From: Eledone cirrhosa
Lineage: Eukaryota
Length of the DNA stretch: 64,000 bases
NCBI GenBank assembly: GCA_964016885.1
Contig: OZ024746.1
Location: 17,670,001 to 17,734,000 of the forward strand
Direction of reading: 5' to 3'
Positions 1-12,095 of the stretch are shown here, one piece after another (position 1 is the stretch's first letter; every line of letters begins with the position of its first letter). A program made the translations under genes and the position numbers. Below the pieces are notes generated by a model, which had not been told where the DNA came from, made no database searches, and was given only the letters and a program-made list of their open reading frames with translations.

Positions 1-312
1 TATTTATTTATTAAGCTACCAATCTATCTATATCTATCTGTCAAGCTATCATTCTATATCTGTGCATCTATTAATCTATCTATATATATATATATATATA
101 TCATATACATGTGTGTGTGTGTGTCTATGTTATATATATATATATTTGAATGCTATTGTTTATGTTTTTACCACTTTTCTCTCACTGGAATTCTAGAACA
201 TTTAAGGTATTTATTTGTATTTGATCAATTTCAAATTGATATTTTTTTTCCCCATTTCTTAAATATGATTCTATTTGATTTCCTTGAACTGAGCATAGTC
301 AACAATAAAACA

Positions 313-580
313 AATAATAATAATAATAATAATGCTTTCTTTATTAACCACAAGGGTTTACATAAAGTAGACATTAAGGATAATACAGGACAATACAGGA
401 CGGTACAAATGGGCATTTCTGCGTGTAAACCCCCCCTCCAAAACAGAGGATGTTGTAACAAAAAAGAAACAATGAAAAATTCCCCAATGCGGGGAGACTT
501 GCGAGGGACATTCGTGGAAAAAGCCCATTAAAAAAAGCCACGGTGACCCTGACGACCAGGGCAAGTGCCCTCTCCCAGTT
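313..580 (-). mobile_element. 3' end of a non-LTR retrotransposon (5'-truncated)
   Basis: On the minus strand a GC-richer block ends in AATAAA followed by an (ATT)n tail; no coding remnant was recognised. Confidence 0.4.
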
Positions 581-591
581 TTAATAATAAT

Positions 592-766
592 AATAATTGT
601 TTCTTCTTTTGGCACAAGGCAGAGCAATTATCCAAGTTATCAACCCCGTAAGGATGAAAGGCAAAGTTAACTTCGGCGGGATTCGAACTCAGACCATAAA
701 GGGCCGTAACTCTTTGCTGCAAAGCATGGCGTCCGACCCTCTACCGATACTGCCAATCCACCGCCC
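592..766 (-). mobile_element. tRNA-derived SINE, family A
   Basis: Minus strand has an A-box-like TGGCAGTATCGG, a B-box GAGTTCGAATCC, a core GCCTTTCATCCTTACGGGGT and an (ATT)n tail. Further copies lie near 10125-10300, 10380-10568, 13170-13355, 13420-13640, 21058-21250, 30300-30410, 39110-39250 and 57758-57905 (minus), and 48886-49078 and 57930-58075 (plus). Confidence 0.85.
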
Positions 767-806
767 TAATAATAATATTAATAATAATAATAATAAATAT
801 ATTTAC

Positions 807-1010
807 CTCCACCAATTAACACTTCGCACAAATTCAGTTTCCGGTTATTTCCAGGTAAAACAATAAAAAGTCTGTTGCCATATTTCTTCAATGGGAAACT
901 TATATCTACAATTCCATTGGGGTTAATTGGATGGGAGTTTTCATAGAGAAGTGTCCCATTAGATATATTTTTTCTGTCACTAGCATACACCTTAAAGTTC
1001 TGGAATAATT
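807..1010 (-). CDS. Exon encoding the C-terminal half of an F-type lectin / galactose-binding-like domain (KLFQNFKVYAS...RKLNLCEVLIGG)
   Basis: Acceptor ttttttccAG at 1012-1011 and donor GTaaat at 806-805; 204 bp, phase 1 to phase 1, open frame. LNLCEVLIG matches the F-type lectin C-terminal LxLCEVxV motif. Confidence 0.85.
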
Positions 1011-1496
1011 CTGGAAAAAATTAAAATTTTAAGTAAATTGTATTATTATATTACATAAAATAATTTTCTTTTTTTGAATTAATTTTAACAAAGGTATTTG
1101 AGATCACAGCTTCAATATTATGTGACATATACCATACTTCTTAGAGTATGATATGGATTAGTATCAGAGAGGGCATTTGGCCATAGAATAGGGAAGTAAA
1201 TATGATAAGAATGTTGATGATGTATGTGTGTGTTTATATATTTATATACACATGCATATATACATATATATGTAATTATATAAATGCACCCAGTCCACCC
1301 TGTAAAGTGGTAAGCATTACAAACAGTATCCAGTCGTAGAAACCAAACAAAAAAACAACATATCAGCAGGATGTGGTCACTTGACTAGTCTGGTTTCATA
1401 ACATGACAGCCTGTCTTACCCATCAAATATGGAAAATAGACATTAAGTGGTGATGATGATGATACATACATAAGTATAAATATATATATAAACATA

Positions 1497-1525
<29 letters not shown>

Positions 1526-1528
<3 letters not shown>

Positions 1529-2063
1529 CGTAGTTTAGAAAGCCACAACAATGCAGAGGGAAATCTCGAGGTAGGAAGTGAATGATAGATAGGAGAAATA
1601 GGAGAAAGTGAAAATTGAGAGAGACAAAGATGAAAACAAAACAAAGGTAGAAGGGTTACCGTAGTGGAGATTTAATCCCAATATTTCGGGCTCACGCCCA
1701 TCAACGGGGGGAAACAGGCCAAGCCGGAGAAAGTTGTGATGTCGTTAAAACAGGAATGCCGTTAGCGGCATTCCTGTTTTAACGACATCACAACTTTCTC
1801 CGGCTTGGCCTGTTTCCCCCCCTTTTGGAACTTTCCCCCGTTGATGGGCGTGAGCCCGAAATATTGGGATTAAATCTCCACTACGGTAACCCTTCTACCT
1901 TTGTTTTGTTTTCATCTTTGTCTCTCTCAATTTTCACTTTCTCCTATTTCTCCTATCTATCATTCACTTTCTACCTCGAGATTTCCCTCTGCATTGTTGT
2001 GGCTTTCTAAACTACGTATTTTACACATTTCACAATGCTTCAAGCAAACTTTAACACCCTCTT
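1526..2063. mobile_element. Fold-back element in (TA)n, PLE-like terminus with hammerhead-like motif
   Basis: Near-perfect palindrome 1526-2019 with loop TTAG at 1762-1765 and a unique tail at 2020-2063, flanked by TA runs. Hammerhead-like motif at 1826-1880. Confidence 0.7.
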
Positions 2064-2077
2064 ATATATATATATAT

Positions 2078-2463
2078 ATATTGAAAGGATAACAAGGACG
2101 ATTGGTTACTCCTTCATTACATTTATTGGTAGGTGACGCGTGTTTCGCCACTGATCAGCTCAAGGCTCGATCTGTATCGATCTTACCCGACTCTATAATC
2201 GGCAGCTCAACGGACCTTTTAAAATGCTATAAGAAAATGAATACATGCTATATCGAATACATGCTAGATCAAACCTTGAGCTGATCAGTGGCGAAACGCG
2301 TGTCACCTACCAATAAATGTAATGAAGGAGTAACCAATCGTCCTTGTTATCCTTTCAATATATTACACTCTGTATAGCTCTACACCTCGACACAGAAGTG
2401 AACCTAACCATCGAGTGCTCACCCAGGTGAACCTGCAGTAACACCAAGTAACACTCCCTAGAG
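2078..2463. mobile_element. Inverted-repeat element in (TA)n, PLE-like
   Basis: Arms of about 90 bp (2078-2170 and 2267-2362) around a spacer, then a unique tail to a TA run. Each arm carries GAAAC-N4-GTC, the 3' half of a hammerhead. Confidence 0.6.
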
Positions 2464-2523
2464 ATATATATATTATATAAGTGTGTGTGTGTGTCTCATT
2501 CTCATCATCATTTAACTTTTCTT

Positions 2524-4580
2524 CCTGCCAGGAACAGTTAGATGGGTCTTCACAGACAAAGTCAGTTCACAAGCAGAGCTACTGACCTCTCAAAAGGACT
2601 GGGGGCCTGCATCTCACTCACATACATTCCTGTGTTCTACTGAGCCTGCCAGGAACAGTTAGATGGGTCTTCACAGACAAAGTCAGTTCACAAGCAGAGC
2701 TACTGACCTCTCAAAAGGACTGGGGGCCTGCATCTCACTCACATACATTCCTGTGTTCTACTGAGCCTGCCAGGAACAGTTAGATGGGTCTTCACAGACA
2801 AAGTCAGTTCACAAGCAGAGCTACTGACCTCTCAAAAGGACTGGGGGCCTGCATCTCACTCACATACATTCCTGTGTTCTACTGAGCCTGCCAGGAACAG
2901 TTAGATGGGTCTTCACAGACAAAGTCAGTTCACAAGCAGAGCTACTGACCTCTCAAAAGGACTGGGGGCCTGCATCTCACTCACATACATTCCTGTGTTC
3001 TACTGAGCCTGCCAGGAACAGTTAGATGGGTCTTCACAGACAAAGTCAGTTCACAAGCAGAGCTACTGACCTCTCAAAAGGACTGGGGGCCTGCATCTCA
3101 CTCACATACATTCCTGTGTTCTACTGAGCCTGCCAGGAACAGTTAGATGGGTCTTCACAGACAAAGTCAGTTCACAAGCAGAGCTACTGACCTCTCAAAA
3201 GGACTGGGGGCCTGCATCTCACTCACATACATTCCTGTGTTCTACTGAGCCTGCCAGGAACAGTTAGATGGGTCTTCACAGACAAAGTCAGTTCACAAGT
3301 AGAGCTACTGACCTCTCAAAAGGACTGGGGGCCTGCATCTCACTCACATACATTCCTGTGTTCTACTGAGCCTGCCAGGAACAGTTAGATGGGTCTTCAC
3401 AGACAAAGTCAGTTCACAAGCAGAGCTACTGACCTCTCAAAAGGACTGGGGGCCTGCATCTCACTCACATACATTCCTGTGTTCTACTGAGCCTGCCAGG
3501 AACAGTTAGATGGGTCTTCACAGACAAAGTCAGTTCACAAGCAGAGCTACTGACCTCTCAAAAGGACTGGGGGCCTGCATCTCACTCACATACATTCCTG
3601 TGTTCTACTGAGCCTGCCAGGAACAGTTAGATGGGTCTTCACAGACAAAGTCAGTTCACAAGTAGAGCTACTGACCTCTCAAAAGGACTGGGGGCCTGCA
3701 TCTCACTCACATACATTCCTGTGTTCTACTGAGCCTGCCAGGAACAGTTAGATGGGTCTTCACAGACAAAGTCAGTTCACAAGCAGAGCTACTGACCTCT
3801 CAAAAGGACTGGGGGCCTGCATCTCACTCACATACATTCCTGTGTTCTACTGAGCCTGCCAGGAACAGTTAGATGGGTCTTCACAGACAAAGTCAGTTCA
3901 CAAGTAGAGCTACTGACCTCTCAAAAGGACTGGGGGCCTGCATCTCACTCACATACATTCCTGTGTTCTACTGAGCCTGCCAGGAACAGTTAGATGGGTC
4001 TTCACAGACAAAGTCAGTTCACAAGCAGAGCTACTGACCTCTCAAAAGGACTGGGGGCCTGCATCTCACTCACATACATTCCTGTGTTCTACTGAGCCTG
4101 CCAGGAACAGTTAGATGGGTCTTCACAGACAAAGTCAGTTCACAAGCAGAGCTACTGACCTCTCAAAAGGACTGGGGGCCTGCATCTCACTCACATACAT
4201 TCCTGTGTTCTACTGAGCCTGCCAGGAACAGTTAGATGGGTCTTCACAGACAAAGTCAGTTCACAAGTAGAGCTACTGACCTCTCAAAAGGACTGGGGGC
4301 CTGCATCTCACTCACATACATTCCTGTGTTCTACTGAGCCTGCCAGGAACAGTTAGATGGGTCTTCACAGACAAAGTCAGTTCACAAGCAGAGCTACTGA
4401 CCTCTCAAAAGGACTGGGGGCCTGCATCTCACTCACATACATTCCTGTGTTCTACTGAGCCTGCCAGGAACAGTTAGATGGGTCTTCACAGACAAAGTCA
4501 GTTCACAAGCAGAGCTACTGACCTCTCAAAAGGACTGGGGGCCTGCATCTCACTCACATACATTCCTGTGTTCTACTGAG
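2524..4580. repeat. Minisatellite, 121 bp x 17
   Basis: Period of 121 bp over 2057 bp. Copies appear identical except one C>T in copies 7, 10, 12 and 15. Confidence 0.97.
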
Positions 4581-4651
4581 AACCTTTTATCGTGACATCA
4601 ACACTAGAGAGGTTGTCATGTCTTTGACACAGCTAAAGAGTCCTTCCAATT

Positions 4652-5065
4652 ATATATATATATATAAGTAGAAGGGGTATTTAATTTGTTGGAAGTCCAA
4701 CAAATATAAATGTTTATAACTGATTTAGAGCACTCAACAGCTAGTAGAGTAAATATTCAATGATATTAAATAAATGGAAACTATATTTTTAAAACCATAT
4801 TTATTTTATTATATATATTTCAAGGGTACCAAGACAACATTGGTACGCTTTCATCAGATAAAATACAAAGTTTGTTTTATAAATAGATACATACCCATGA
4901 AAATCATACCTTATCGGTTGGAAATGCACTGTATAGTGAATTTATTTAATATCATTGAATATTTACTCCAGTAACTTGTTGAGTGCTCTAAATCAGTTAT
5001 AAACGTTTATATTTGTCGGACTTCCAACAAATTAAATACCCCTTCTACTTATATATATATATATA
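4652..5065. mobile_element. Inverted-repeat PLE-like element in (TA)n, same family as 52642-53085
   Basis: Arms at about 4666-4775 and 4939-5050 are inverted, slightly diverged and TA-flanked; the sequence is shared with 52642-53085. Confidence 0.75.
4802..4865 (-). ncRNA. Type I hammerhead ribozyme motif
   Basis: Minus strand reads TATTTTAT-CTGATGA-AAGCGTACCAA tgttgtc TTGGTACCCTT-GAAA-TATATATA-ATAAAATA: 8-bp stem I, intact core, about 10-bp stem II, minimal palindromic stem III and an AUA cleavage triplet. Confidence 0.85.
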
Positions 5066-6392
5066 CTAGCAGCTGAGCCCGGTTGCACCCGGGGCCACTT
5101 TTTATTAAGTTAATAATTTGAAAAATATTATTGAAAGTTTATTATAAAGAAGCAGTTGCAGGGAAAAAAAATAGAAATATGCACTTGGGGCTGGACGGCG
5201 TACAATGAGAAGTGGAGCGATGTGAAAAGCGTTGTTTATTAACAGCGAAATAGCCATGTCGATGATATGCAATTTGAAAAATACTACTTACTGTTAGTGG
5301 TGGTTAACATGTATTAGAATTAAAATAAAAACACGCGTCCCTTCTTCGCAATTTAAGGGTTTGGCGATACTTAGTTTTAGTGTCCTAAATTATCATCATC
5401 GACATTCAATTATTAGCTCCACCCACTACACGATACGTCACGACACGTCATCAGCTGCTGCGGCGGCTTGATTTTTACATGCTTCATTTTCTTACATGCT
5501 TCATTTTTACACGAAAAAACATTGAAATTTTAGAATAAAATATTAACAGAGAAAATTAGATTTTTGATTTATTTTTTGAACAAAATAAATATTTATTTAC
5601 AGTTTTTCACAAGAAAAACTATGCTTCATTTTTACATGAATATTTATTAACAGTTATTAAGTTTTTAACCGAAACACTAGGCTTCATTTTTAGATGAATA
5701 AAAAAATTTTAAACTGTATATCGCAACAATATATTGTTTAAAGAATTTTTTTTTCTGTTGTTTAAAATTGTAAATCTGTTTTTAAAAAAATGTATTTAAC
5801 CGAAACACTATGCTTCATTTTTACATGAATATTTATTTACAGTTTTTAACAGAAAAAAATTGCTGCGAAATACATTTTTTTAAAACAGATTTACAGTTTT
5901 TAACAACAGAAAAAAAAAATTTCTTTAAACAATATATTGTTGCGATATACAGTTTAAATTTTTTTCGAAACATTTACCTTCGTGACGTATCGTGTAGCGG
6001 GTGGAGCTAATAATTGAATGTCGATGATGATAATTTAGGACACTAAAACCAAGTATCGCCAAGGGTTTTATTTCTTTTGATGGAAAACAGTGACCGTACT
6101 GCAGAATAGATTTCATAAAACGGTACTGTATGATCGTTAAATGTAGAAGGATGATGAAATTGTAAATAAGACAAAAGTATTAGAACAGGGGGAAATAACT
6201 CACCGAACGCGATAGTTTTGGGGCCCCAGGGACCACATTTTTCAAGTTAGAGATTTGAAATCACGTCTATTTGCTTCCTTGGCCCTTTTTACATAGGTGT
6301 GTAAATTTTCATGTCAGTCCGACCACGTCTACTACCATTTAACCGTGACATTTGAATTTCAACCACCGCCCATTTCACAAATATATATTAGA
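5066..6392 (-). mobile_element. Non-autonomous Helitron
   Basis: Minus strand starts TC (6392-6391) and ends with hairpin CCCGG-GTGCAA-CCGGG followed by CTAG (5066-5069), in an A|T context. It contains internal inverted repeats at 5361-5442/5981-6062 and about 5700-5795/5870-5965. Confidence 0.75.
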
Positions 6393-6525
6393 TATATATA
6401 TATAGTTGAAAATGAACAAACAAATCACAGGAGAAGGGAGAATGTGTAGAATGTGAAGCTTCAAATAGATAATATATACTTATATAAGGCATTTAATGGC
6501 TATATTGTTAGTAAAGAAAACTTAC

Positions 6526-6711
6526 TTATTTCTGACTGCAGTGTGTAAATCACAAGTCTTTTTATTTTCAATTTTCCAATCCAGATGGAAATTAAAGGAT
6601 CTTTCATATGTGGTGTATGGTAGCAATGAGTAGCTTTCGTATTCTGGATGTTCTGGTCGAACACAACCGACAATCTTTTATCACTTTTCTTATACTTTGG
6701 TATAACTTTCC
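6526..6711 (-). CDS. Exon encoding the N-terminal half of the F-type lectin-like domain (KVIPKYKK...VVFDQN...HCYHT...[10 protein letters not shown])
   Basis: Acceptor tgtttctAG and donor GTAAGT; 186 bp, phase 1 to phase 1. VFDQN...CYHT parallels AVDGN...CTHT, and it splices in frame with both neighbouring exons. Confidence 0.85.
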
Positions 6712-6751
6712 CTAGAAACAAAGAACAAATATATATGTATGTATATGTCTA

Positions 6752-6825
<74 letters not shown>

Positions 6826-7189
6826 AAAAGAAAATGGAAAACAACACAGTAAACAATACAATACAATGATGATATATATTATTTTAACGCTTGATATAGT
6901 AGGAAATGAATCTTGTTACCATAATTCTAATGAAAGACATTGCTTATTATTTTCAAATAATTATGAAAATATTCAAGAATTTGGAGAGATTTAGTAATAA
7001 ACTTTCTCATTAAGTGGTGTTTGGAACATAACTTAACAAAAGTCCTTATATAAACATTTTTTAAAATAAACAGTTTTATATAGTTGAGCCAAGGGTGGTT
7101 TCAGGCAGTTTGGTATCAAAGTGGTTAAGAAACTACGATCTACATAATTGAAATTAGATAACGAACGTTTTTGTTTGTTTGTTTATATC

Positions 7190-7620
7190 TATTGATTTAT
7201 TTAATCAATTTAAACGTCCGTATAGAGTTAATTAGCTATGGTAGACTAGATGAAGTATCTAGTACTTCTTACAGTTGAGAAACAAAAAAAAAACATGATG
7301 TACAGAGATAAGTGAATATAAAAATAAAAATGAAGTTTAAAAAGTAGATTTATTAATTAAGAATATAATTTACAAAAGAAAGAATTTGATAAACCATTAA
7401 GAGAGTCAGTAGTTCTGTTGATAAGAAAGGGAGTCTTTCAGTAAATGAAGGGTATGATGTGTGTCTTGTATAGTAGAATGTTGTGTGATAGTGTGAAGAA
7501 GATATTGTATAGAGAGAATGTAGGTAGAATGGAAACATGAACTGAGAAAGGTTCTATTGGAAGATTAATGTTTGTCAGTGGGAATAAATATTGAAAGAAA
7601 AATTAGGTATATATATATGG
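7190..7620 (-). mobile_element. Degenerate LINE 3' end (second copy about 14435-14600)
   Basis: About 150 bp is shared with 14435-14590 and ends in a (TAAA)n-like tail on the minus strand. Confidence 0.45.
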
Positions 7621-8281
7621 GAATTATATGTATAGTTTTTATAGTATATTATAGTACTGTACTGTATGGTGTGAATAAACATTAAGGTACAGATATGTTG
7701 AAAAATAGCTATATATGAATTTTAGGTATAGTATTGTATAGTATAGTACAGTTAGTTAGTAATATACAGCTTCGTACAGTATAGTGTTGTATAGTACAAT
7801 ATCGTATAGTACTGTGTAGTAATGTACAGTATAGTATTATATAGTACAGTACAAATAACATTACAAATCGTTTGCAATTCTTTCAGAATGAAAATATAAA
7901 CAGAGTATATAAATAAATTTACAGTAGAATAACATAACAATTATGTTTTAAATATATACATAAATAACATTACAAATACTTAGACAACATTATAAACAAC
8001 ATTATAAATAGCTCGCGATTCTTTCAGTAAGATATATTCTTTTAATGTTACAATATTAAAGAAAATGTAATAGAAGGGGTGAACAACAGAGCCAACACCA
8101 GAGCAAAAGACAGCAGCAAGGAGTGCTGGGCAACCTCTAATATAATATAGTGTAGTACAGTATAGTATTGTATAATATAGTATAGTATAGTTTAATACAG
8201 TATAATTCAGTACACTCTAGTATAGTATTGTATAGTACTGTTAGTAATATACTACAATACTGAAGTATATAATATAGTATA

Positions 8282-10111
8282 TCTTTATCTTTATAAATAT
8301 AAAAGCGAGGATGTGTGTGTGTCTGTGTACAACTTTGGATACCTAAGGCTTTTACAATTACCAACCGAATTTGACCAAATTTTCTGTGCACGTTGCACAG
8401 GTCGCTAAGATGGTCACATCACAAACATTTTTCAAATCGACCCGCGTTGAGCAATAAAAAATCGATATCAAAATTATCGGTAGCAAAATTGATGTAAGGG
8501 AGATAACCAACTTCATTGACAATCCTTATAAAAAAGGGGAGATAACCAACTTTATTGTCAATCCAGAGTGAGATATGGAGACCTTCGTTTTCAATTTTAA
8601 AACAACAATCATCGTCGGACGAAATTTCAAAAATATAAACATCAGATTCATTTGAAGATAAATCACTAATATTATCGTTTGTTTCTTGTTTATTCTTTGT
8701 TGCACTTTCAAAGTTAAAAAAACACTTGTTGTTTTAACTTGTTTCACTATATTAAGTGTTAATTTTTTGCGTTAAGGGCCTATTCTCGCAGCAGTCTCGA
8801 ATTGACGAGATTTTGATGATGGTTTTTTTTATTTTTAGAACAATCGTTATGGGACTTTCCATTCAAACCATTGGGACCTACAACTTTTACATTTTTAAAA
8901 CTTTCATAAGCCATGTTGATACAAAAAAAAATTTGTTGCTCTTTCAAAGTTAAAAAAAAACTTGTTGTTTTAACTTGTTTCACTATATTAAGCTTTTACA
9001 TTTTTAAAGTAATTTCGTCCACATTTGAGGCAGGCATTATCTATGCTTCCAGCTGTATTCGTACACATCAAACTTTTTTGACAATGAAGGAACATACTGA
9101 ACAGGATTCTTCCTGGATGTCCACGGATATATAAATCTATTGATACTGTATGTGATCCACAGGATGCGGTCAACTATCCAGTTGAATTTCTAAATTCTTT
9201 AAATCCTCCTGGTTTACCTCCTAATACATTGGTTCTGAAAGAGGGAACGCCAGTTATTTTGCTGAGAAATATCACTCCTCCAAAACTATGCAATGGTACA
9301 CGCCTTGTGGTTAAAAAACTGTCTCCACTTAGTATTGACGCTACCATTCTATCCGGATGTGGAAAAGGCGAGGATATGATAATAACAAAAATTAGCCTGA
9401 CTACATCAGGCGTGGATACTCCCTTCTCTTTTCGCCGAACCCAATTTCCCCTTCGTGTTGCCTTTGCGATGTCCATAAACAAGTCGCAAGGTCAAACTCT
9501 GTCCGTCACTGGAATTCACTTGGATGAACCTTGCTTTTCGCATGGACAATTCTACGTTGCCTGCTCACGGGTTGGCAGTCGAGATAATCTCTTTGCGTTT
9601 GTTCCGAAAAGAAAAACAAAGAATATCGTCTATCCTGAAGTGCTTTAGTGTTAACAAAAAAACTTATTACAGCTCTGCCTTGACTTCACCTTACTCATTA
9701 CAAAACATACCAATGAATATGTCATGCAGGATATTTTGGATTATAAGTTCAAAATTTAACCATACACAGCAAAGGATGCTCTCAAAGAATAGATTTTCTC
9801 TTATTCTACTCTCATTGTTTGTTTTTGTTTTTTTGTATACAACTCTGCTTTCATTACAACTTTTTGTACTTTAGCAAAACTGCCTGTTTTTTTACAGATT
9901 TGCAATGTATATTGTCTTTAAACTACATCCTGTTCAGTGTTTTCCTTCATTATCAACATAGTTTTATGTGTACAAAGATTGCACTAAATATTCGTTTGCA
10001 TTAATTATTGAAGACTTCTGCTTATTTTGACAGGTTGGGGACAAATAATGTTCTTTTACTTCCTAGCTCTATATTCTTAGCATAATTTCAAACCCCGGGT
10101 AAATCTGCTAG
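8282..10111 (+). mobile_element. Helitron carrying a Pif1 helicase remnant
   Basis: Starts with 5' TC after A and a typical TC...ATAAAAG...GTGTCTGT...AACCGAATTT 5' segment, has an internal helicase fragment, and ends CCCCGGG...CTAG before T. Confidence 0.8.
9070..9648 (+). pseudogene. Helitron RepHel C-terminal Pif1-family helicase fragment
   Basis: Reads YPVEFLNSL.PPGLP...LLRNI.PPKLCNGTRL...R.QFPLRVAFAMSINKSQGQTL...PCFSHGQFYVACSRV; the frame is disrupted upstream of about 9130. Confidence 0.93.
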
Positions 10112-11854
10112 TATACTATATAATTGTTTCTACTATTGGCACAAGGCCAGCAATTACATTACTGGTACTTTATTTCATCGACCCCGTAAGGATGAAGGGC
10201 AAAGTTAACCTCGGCAGGATTTGAACTCAGAATGGCAAGGGCCGTAACTCTATGTGTCAAAGCATGGCGTCCGACCCTCTACCGATACTGCCAATTCACC
10301 AGTACAGTATATTCTAACATTTTATAGTACAGTACGGTACTATATAATATAGTACAGTATTGTACTATACAGTACTATATAATTGTTTAAATTTTTGACA
10401 CAAGGCCAGCAACCTTAGTGCATTACTGGTATTTTATTTTATCAACTCCGTAAGGATGACAGGCAAAGTTAACCTCGGCGGGATTTGAACAAAGGACGTA
10501 AAGGGCCGTAACTCTATGCTGCAAAACATGGCATCCAACCCTCTACCAATACTGCCAATCCACCGCCTATATAGTATAGTACAGTATTGCACTATATAGA
10601 ACTAATAATTGTTTCAACTTTTTTTTTTTATATATAATAATGTATAATATAGTATAGTACAGTATATTATAGTATTATATAGTACAGTACAGTACTATAT
10701 AATAATGTATAATATAGTATAGTATAGTACAGTATATTATAGTATTATATACTAGAGTACAGTATATTATAGTATCATATAGTACAGTACTATATAATAT
10801 AGTATTATATAGTTCAGTACAGTACTATATAATACTGTATAATATAGTATTGTATAATAAACAATTGATTTTTGTCTTTGTGTTTTGTATAGCAGAATTG
10901 ATCCTATAGAGTTTTCTCGTAAGATGAGTCAACAGGAAACCTAGGGAGAGAGTGTGTCTGTGTGTGTGCTGTGTGTGTGTCTGTGTGACTGTTATGTGTG
11001 TGTATGTGTTGTGTGTGTTTGTGTTTGGTGTGTGTGTGTTTGGTGTGTGTGTGTATGTGTTTGGTGTTTGTGTATGTGTTTTTGGTGTGTGTGTTTTTGA
11101 TGCGTGTGTGTTTTGTGTGTGTGTGTGTTTTTATGTGGTGTGTGTGTGAGAGTGTGTGTATATGTGTGTGTGGTGTGTGTGTCTGAGTGTATGTATATGT
11201 GTGTGTGTGTCTATGTATGTGTGTGGAGTGTGTGGTGATGGAGGAGGGAGGGTGGTGGTCTTATAAATATTTTATTGATTATCTAGTTTATTTATTTCAT
11301 CTATTTAAAGGGGCTGTAGAGAGCTGGTAAACCATGACAGTCAGAAAAGGGGGTTCTAATGACCCTTAGAATATTAGATAATACAAAAACATGAGAGAGA
11401 GAGATGCAGGGAGTGGGGAGAGAGAAGGTGGGATAGATGAGTGGGAAGGGAGAGAGAATGAGAGAGAGAGGGTGGGGGGAGAGAGAGACCAGAGAAGGGA
11501 AAAAAAGGAGAGATAAAGAACAGTTATATGTTTTTGTTGATAAAGCCTTTTGTAGCCATCATGAATTGGATGACCCTTTTTATGGTTGGTGGAGCTTTGA
11601 AAATAAATTGCACCTCCACCACCCTTGGCAACCATTTTAAGACCAGTTTTAAAATGTCCTCTCTCTCTCTCCCTGCTCTCTCTCTCTCCCTCTCTCTCTC
11701 TCTCTCGCTAAACCTGTTACCAAGATGAGGGGTATAGGGAACATTGGATACACAGCCCTCATTGATTTTTCAAATGGTACACCCTCAGATTTAGAAAATA
11801 GAATATATTGAAAAAAAAATATACATCTTGAAATATGTTTGTTGCAATAGAGTA

Positions 11855-12095
11855 TCCCACCCAGAATGGGCTGAAATCATCTATGTCTCACCCCTGAACA
11901 CCATGGGCTAAAACCGCCCTTGCCCTACCCAGAATGGGCTGAAGTCACCCTTTTTCCACCTTGAATGATCTGAAACCACCCCTGCCCCACCCAGAATGGG
12001 CTGAAACCACCCTTACCCCACCCAGAATGGGTTGAAACCCCCTTGCCTCACCCAAAATGAACTGAAACCACCCCTGCCTCACCTTTGCCTCAGCC
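11855..12095. repeat. Degenerate tandem repeat of about 33 bp (CCACCCAGAATGGGCTGAAACCACCC)
   Basis: About 7 diverged units are visible. Confidence 0.75.

Noticed and set aside
592-766. tRNA genes
   Set aside because: The A and B boxes belong to multi-copy SINE heads and no cloverleaf could be formed.
2524-4580. CRISPR-like regular array (also 23244, 37567, 59276)
   Set aside because: The units are contiguous and near-identical with no unique spacers or cas genes, and the context is eukaryotic.
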